From Bacteroidaceae bacterium (GTDB lineage Bacteria; Bacteroidota; Bacteroidia; Bacteroidales; Bacteroidaceae), in the NCBI GenBank assembly GCA_017450985.1, contig JAFSSN010000057.1, forward strand, positions 1 to 39,780: a stretch of DNA of 39,780 bases, read 5' to 3'. Under the pieces are notes generated by a model, which did not search any database, was not told where the DNA came from, and saw only the letters and a list, made by a program, of their open reading frames with translations. A program made the position numbers and the translations under genes. Below are positions 35,489 to 39,780 of this stretch, piece by piece (position 1 is the stretch's first letter; the number at the start of each line of letters is the position of its first letter).

Positions 35489-38179
35489 ATGAGCAAAGGT
35501 GTAAAACTTATGGCTGCGGCACTCTGCCTCTCAACGGGAGCATTTGCCCAAACCGTCAAGCCCGACACCATCAAGGCTGGCCTTGATGACTTCGACTTCT
35601 CGCTTACCGAGGGTCAGATTGACGAGGATGCTGATGCCGCCAGCACTATTACTACCGTGCAAAGTACGAAGGACCCATACATGAGCGAAGTCGGCTACAC
35701 ATGGTCGGCTATGCGCTTCAAGTACCGTGCCCTCGACAATGCTTATGTAGGTAACTACATCAACGGCGTCAAGTTCAACAACGTGGAGAACGGACGCTTC
35801 AGTTTCTCCGGTATCACGGGTGGTCTCAACGATGCCACACGCAACAAGACGGGTGCATCTAACTACGACCAGAACGACTTCTCCTACTCACCACTCGGAG
35901 GAGCCACAAACATCGACATCCACGCCAGCCACTATGCGGCAGGCCACAAGGTGGGACTGGCTGGAACTAACCGCAACTACGTGCTTCGCGGCACATATAC
36001 CTATGCCAGCGGTCTGCTCAACAACGGATGGGCATTCATGGGTAGCGTTGCCTACCGATGGGCCAAGCAAGGAGTCATAGAGGGTACGTTCTACAACTCT
36101 TTCTCTTTCATGTTCGGAGCAGAGAAGCAGATTAACGACCAGCACTCTATCGCCTTCAACATCTGGGGCGCACCAACAGAGCGCGGACAGCAGGGAGCTG
36201 CCACTGAGGAGGCATACGCGCTTGCAAACAGCCACTACTACAACCCTTACTGGGGTTACTACAACGGCCAGAAGCGCAACAGCCGAGTTGTGACAGAGTT
36301 CTCTCCTTCATTCCTCACCACTTGGGACTGGAAGATGAACGAGAATACGAAGCTCTCCACTTCAGCTGCTGTAACGTTGACTAACTACGCGTCAACGGCT
36401 CTCTCATACAACAACGCGTACAACCCACGTCCTGACTACTACAAGAACATGCCGTCTTCGGCTTTCAACGTATATAGCGACCAGTACAACAACGACGAAT
36501 GGCTCAGCGAGAACACAGGTGTGCTCTCTACATGGCAGAGCCTCTACGACAACTGGACAAGCTGCGCAGCCAACCGTCAGGTGCAGTGGGATTTGCTCTA
36601 TGCACAGAACCTGGCTAACAACGCTACCGGCAAGAACGCTCTCTACTATCTGGAGAAGCGTCACAACGACCAGCTTGCGTTCAACCTCAGCTCGGTTCTC
36701 AACGGCAAGCTCAACCCTATCAGCACTTACACCATCGGCGTGAACGTAAACTCTACTAAGGGTATGCACTACAAGACGATGGCAGATCTGCTCGGAGCTA
36801 CCACATTTATCGACTACGACAACTACTCGCTCAACAAGTACGGTTCAAAGAGCAACGAGTATCAGAACGACCTCGACAATCCTAACCGTAGCATCAAAGA
36901 GGGCGACAAGTTCGGCTACAACTACAACATCTACGTGAACAAGGCAAGCGGCTTTGCCCAGAACGCATGGCAGTTCGGCGACTTCACTCTCCGCTACGGA
37001 GCCGACATCGAAGGCACCTGGATGGAGCGCGAGGGTCTGATGCGCAACGGACGTGCGGCAGAATACTCTAAGGGCAAGAGCGGCGTGGCTTCATTCCTCG
37101 GCGGCGGCGGTAAGGTTCTCCTCGAGCAGAAGATTGCCACATCACGCCTCTATGCAGCCGCAACCATCGAGAGCCAGGCACCACTTGCCTACAACGCTTT
37201 CATGGCTCCACGTATCCAGAACAACTACGTCACTAACCTCAAGAACGAGTGGTTCTGGAATGCCGAGGCAGGCTACCAGTGGTACTTCGGTCCTGTCAGC
37301 GGTAAGGTGAGCGGATACTACACTAAGTTCTTCGACAAGACTCAGCAGACTGCGTTCTACAACGACGACGCATCATACCTCACATACCTCACCATGACAG
37401 GCATCGAGCAGGAGTACATGGGAGTTGAGGCAGCTGTATCTGTAAAGTTGGCACGCAATCTCAAGCTCAACCTCCTCGGAACAATCTCCGATGCCAAGTA
37501 CGCTAACAACCCTATGGCAGAGCTTTCATACGAAGGTTCAAACGCCGAGACTGTAAAGACCATCAACGCATTCCCTAACCAGGTAACTGGCGGCAACAAC
37601 CAGCTCCTCGTGTTCATGAAGAACGTGAAGATGGACTCTACTCCTCTCACAGCGGCTTCCGTAGGTCTGTCATATAACACAAACGGATGGTACTTCGACG
37701 CAAAGCTCAACTACTACGACCGTGTGTATGTGGGTGCTTCACGCTATCTCCGTCTCAGCAACTCTACAGAAGGCGGCGTGAAGGGCTTCGCAAGCAACAT
37801 TCAGGACGTGAACGTGACTACCGGCGAATACACTACTGCATGGGACTATGCCAAGCAGCAGGCTGAGAACGGACACGCTGCCTACGTCTATGATGCTACT
37901 ACAGGCGAGGTGCTCGACGGCTACTCACCTAAGCAGGAGAAGTTCAAGGGCGGATTCATGCTCGACGCTTCTATCGGTAAGAGCATACGCCTCAACGGCG
38001 GACAGCGTCTGAGCATCAACCTCCAGGTACAGAACATTACTAACAACACAGATATGCGCACAGGCGGCTACGAGGAGAACCGTGCGGACCGTTCTTACGA
38101 CTACATGTTCTCTAAGAACTCCCACTACTACTACGCCAACGCCATCAACGCATTCCTCAACGTATCTCTAAAATTCTAA
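35489..38179 (+). CDS. TonB-dependent receptor-like outer-membrane protein (no SusD partner, short plug-like N-terminus)
   Basis: 896 aa with a signal peptide ending AFAQ. A plug-like segment (YINGVKFNNVENG...GGATNIDI) is followed by a long beta-barrel and the C-terminal NVSLKF. Confidence 0.8.
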   Translation: MSKGVKLMAAALCLSTGAFAQTVKPDTIKAGLDDFDFSLTEGQIDEDADAASTITTVQSTKDPYMSEVGYTWSAMRFKYRALDNAYVGNYINGVKFNNVENGRFSFSGITGGLNDATRNKTGASNYDQNDFSYSPLGGATNIDIHASHYAAGHKVGLAGTNRNYVLRGTYTYASGLLNNGWAFMGSVAYRWAKQGVIEGTFYNSFSFMFGAEKQINDQHSIAFNIWGAPTERGQQGAATEEAYALANSHYYNPYWGYYNGQKRNSRVVTEFSPSFLTTWDWKMNENTKLSTSAAVTLTNYASTALSYNNAYNPRPDYYKNMPSSAFNVYSDQYNNDEWLSENTGVLSTWQSLYDNWTSCAANRQVQWDLLYAQNLANNATGKNALYYLEKRHNDQLAFNLSSVLNGKLNPISTYTIGVNVNSTKGMHYKTMADLLGATTFIDYDNYSLNKYGSKSNEYQNDLDNPNRSIKEGDKFGYNYNIYVNKASGFAQNAWQFGDFTLRYGADIEGTWMEREGLMRNGRAAEYSKGKSGVASFLGGGGKVLLEQKIATSRLYAAATIESQAPLAYNAFMAPRIQNNYVTNLKNEWFWNAEAGYQWYFGPVSGKVSGYYTKFFDKTQQTAFYNDDASYLTYLTMTGIEQEYMGVEAAVSVKLARNLKLNLLGTISDAKYANNPMAELSYEGSNAETVKTINAFPNQVTGGNNQLLVFMKNVKMDSTPLTAASVGLSYNTNGWYFDAKLNYYDRVYVGASRYLRLSNSTEGGVKGFASNIQDVNVTTGEYTTAWDYAKQQAENGHAAYVYDATTGEVLDGYSPKQEKFKGGFMLDASIGKSIRLNGGQRLSINLQVQNITNNTDMRTGGYEENRADRSYDYMFSKNSHYYYANAINAFLNVSLKF

Positions 38180-38183
38180 GAAG

Positions 38184-39050
38184 ATGAAGAAAGTTATATT
38201 TACGATATTCGCAGGAATGCTCGCTATGACATCCTGCATGAACGACTGGGATACGGAGCAGATTAGCACAAACCAGTTTACCGCCTCAAGCATAGGCGAG
38301 GCTAACACGAGCTTGTCAGACCTGCGCAAAGACTATGCCACAGAGATTGAGAACAGCTCCTATAAGAAGGTGGACAGCGCTGCTGTGATTGAGGGCATCG
38401 TGGTTGCCAACGACATTTCCGGCAACATCTACCAGTATATCTACATTCAGGGCATCAACGCCGACGGTTCTCTCAATACTAAAGAGGGCGGAGTGGCAGT
38501 AGGTGTCAAGGGACTTGGCGCTCTCTACACCATCTTCCCTGTAGGACAGAAGATTCGCGTTGACCTCAAGGACCTCTACGTAGGAGGCTATGGCAAGTCA
38601 CCACGTATCGGTATGCCTTACATCAACACTAACGGTGCCATGCGCATGGGTCCTATGACATTTGCCATGATGCAGCAGCACATCCAGAAGGTGGGCGAAC
38701 CACAGCCTGAAATCGTTGTGCCACGCACCATTACTGCCAGCGAACTGACAGAAAGCAACATCGACAAGCTTACTCCGATGCTCGTTCAGATTAACAACGC
38801 AGAGATTAGCGACGCCGGATGGCCATACGCTCACTGGGAGGTAGGCGGCGACACCTACTCTGAGTATCACGACATCAAGGCTGACGGAAGCACCCTGAAG
38901 CAGTTGCTCTACACCAGCACAAGCTGCACATTTGCAGGCGACACAATCCAGGCTGGCAAGAAGAACATTAAGGGCCTTCTCAACCGTTACTCTTCAAGCT
39001 ACCAGCTCACGCTCCGCAGCTTGGACGACGTGATTGAGCTTGGCAAGTGA
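38184..39050 (+). CDS. Lipoprotein, DUF5689-like (OB-fold-like)
   Basis: Lipobox AMTSC. VIEGIVVANDISGNIYQYIYIQ resembles the DUF5689 core (recalled from memory). It starts 5 nt after the receptor stop. Confidence 0.6.
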   Translation: MKKVIFTIFAGMLAMTSCMNDWDTEQISTNQFTASSIGEANTSLSDLRKDYATEIENSSYKKVDSAAVIEGIVVANDISGNIYQYIYIQGINADGSLNTKEGGVAVGVKGLGALYTIFPVGQKIRVDLKDLYVGGYGKSPRIGMPYINTNGAMRMGPMTFAMMQQHIQKVGEPQPEIVVPRTITASELTESNIDKLTPMLVQINNAEISDAGWPYAHWEVGGDTYSEYHDIKADGSTLKQLLYTSTSCTFAGDTIQAGKKNIKGLLNRYSSSYQLTLRSLDDVIELGK

Positions 39051-39089
39051 GAAATAATTGAGTATTGATAACTGAAAATTGACAATCAA

Positions 39090-39780
39090 ATGAAAAAGAT
39101 ATTTTCTATTCTGCTGGCATTAGCAGCAACTATAGGCGTCACAACATCATGTTCTGACGTTCCAATGCCATACGACATTAACAATGGCTCTGCATCTTTC
39201 GGCAAGAAACTGCCTTACAAGAATGCATCACTCTCTACATTCAGCATGTACGATACGAAAGGCGTAGCTGCATGGAGTGCAGGTTCAAGCTATACTCAGG
39301 CAACAGGCTACCAGAAGTGGGACGGCGCAGACGCCAAGTCAAACAAGGAGGTTGAGTCATACCTCATCTCTCCTGCTCTCTGCACAAACTGCACAAGCGG
39401 CAAGGTGCGCATTTCTTTCGACAACACCATCCGCTACGAGAACAAGGTTACTGACTGGCAGAAGTATCACAAGATTTATATTTCTAAGGACTACGACGGC
39501 AACACAGTTGATTTCGACACGGCTAAATGGACTGAGCTTGCTTTCACTCCAAAGGCTTCAACTACACACGACTGGACACTCTACAACTCCGGCTATATTG
39601 CTATTCCTGATGAGTTCGTAAATCACGACTCTGTATATGTAGCATTCTACTTCTATGCTCCTGCAGAAAACTCAACTACATGGGAGCTTGAAAACTTCCT
39701 CATCGAAGAGGGCGAAGCTGACAACAACGGAGGCGGCACTACTACCGAGACATTCGTAGGTACAAAGGAGGCACCTGTCA
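39090..39780 (+). CDS. Lipoprotein with choice-of-anchor J-like domain (5' part; continues past the window)
   Basis: Not in the ORF track because no stop falls within the window. My own translation gives MKKIFSILLALAATIGVTTSC (lipobox) ...AWSAGSSYTQATGYQKWDG...ESYLISPAL...VRISFDN...YISKDYDGN...WTEL. The frame is open to position 39780. Confidence 0.7.
   Translation, partial: MKKIFSILLALAATIGVTTSCSDVPMPYDINNGSASFGKKLPYKNASLSTFSMYDTKGVAAWSAGSSYTQATGYQKWDGADAKSNKEVESYLISPALCTNCTSGKVRISFDNTIRYENKVTDWQKYHKIYISKDYDGNTVDFDTAKWTELAFTPKASTTHDWTLYNSGYIAIPDEFVNHDSVYVAFYFYAPAENSTTWELENFLIEEGEADNNGGGTTTETFVGTKEAPV

Noticed and set aside
1-39780. Global reassignment of TAG (alternative genetic code), suggested by the in-frame TAGs in the sigma gene and rpsP
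   Set aside because: At least seven other genes end cleanly at TAG with no plausible in-frame continuation: the dehydrogenase (1528), crp/fnr (4031), rnfE (14327), the 22139 gene, the BadF-type kinase (25251), hslR (25907) and pth (26378). Several are followed directly by terminators or by the next gene in another frame. Local mutation or context-dependent read-through remain possible. Wholesale recoding does not.

Overview
The window looks like core chromosome from a Bacteroidota genome, probably Prevotella-like Bacteroidales. This is inferred from gene content and order, T9SS C-terminal sorting tails, TAnnTTTG-type -7 promoter boxes and lineage-typical DUF families. I cannot run a search to confirm it.

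Most of the window is housekeeping:
- a fructose-bisphosphate aldolase 3' end, a 2-hydroxyacid dehydrogenase, a Crp/Fnr regulator, YggS, a porin and aquaporin Z;
- a complete rseC-rnfBCDGEA electron-transport operon on the minus strand;
- rpsP, pyrF, a mannose-1-phosphate guanylyltransferase and a BadF-type sugar kinase;
- the rplY-pth-hslR cluster and the nusB-yajC-ybbR-like-coaE-DUF5606 cluster;
- an S41 peptidase;
- at the right end, an EEP-family nuclease/phosphatase divergent from a SusD-less TonB-dependent receptor followed by two lipoproteins.

I found no rRNA, tRNA, CRISPR array, transposase, integrase or recognisable defence gene.

The features most worth a second look:
1. A dispersed non-coding element of about 130 bp is present three times, all in the same orientation. 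It is built from 11-bp-phased TTCTACGG iterons followed by inverted CCGTAGAA / CGGAG modules.
2. Two genes, an ECF sigma fusion and rpsP, carry an in-frame TAG with clear coding signal on both sides. In addition, pth and hslR are separated only by an in-frame TAG plus three codons.
3. RnfG carries a 13-cysteine metallothionein-like C-terminal tail, and RnfB carries an Ala/Pro/Lys-linker extension.
4. Two unusual single-polypeptide fusions occur: PAP2 phosphatase plus a beta-barrel-like domain, and ECF sigma plus a TM segment plus a beta-barrel-like domain.
5. An 88-bp tandem repeat rich in palindromes, and a decayed 33-bp tandem array, fill two intergenic gaps.

All product calls come from motif and family recognition by eye, not from database searches.
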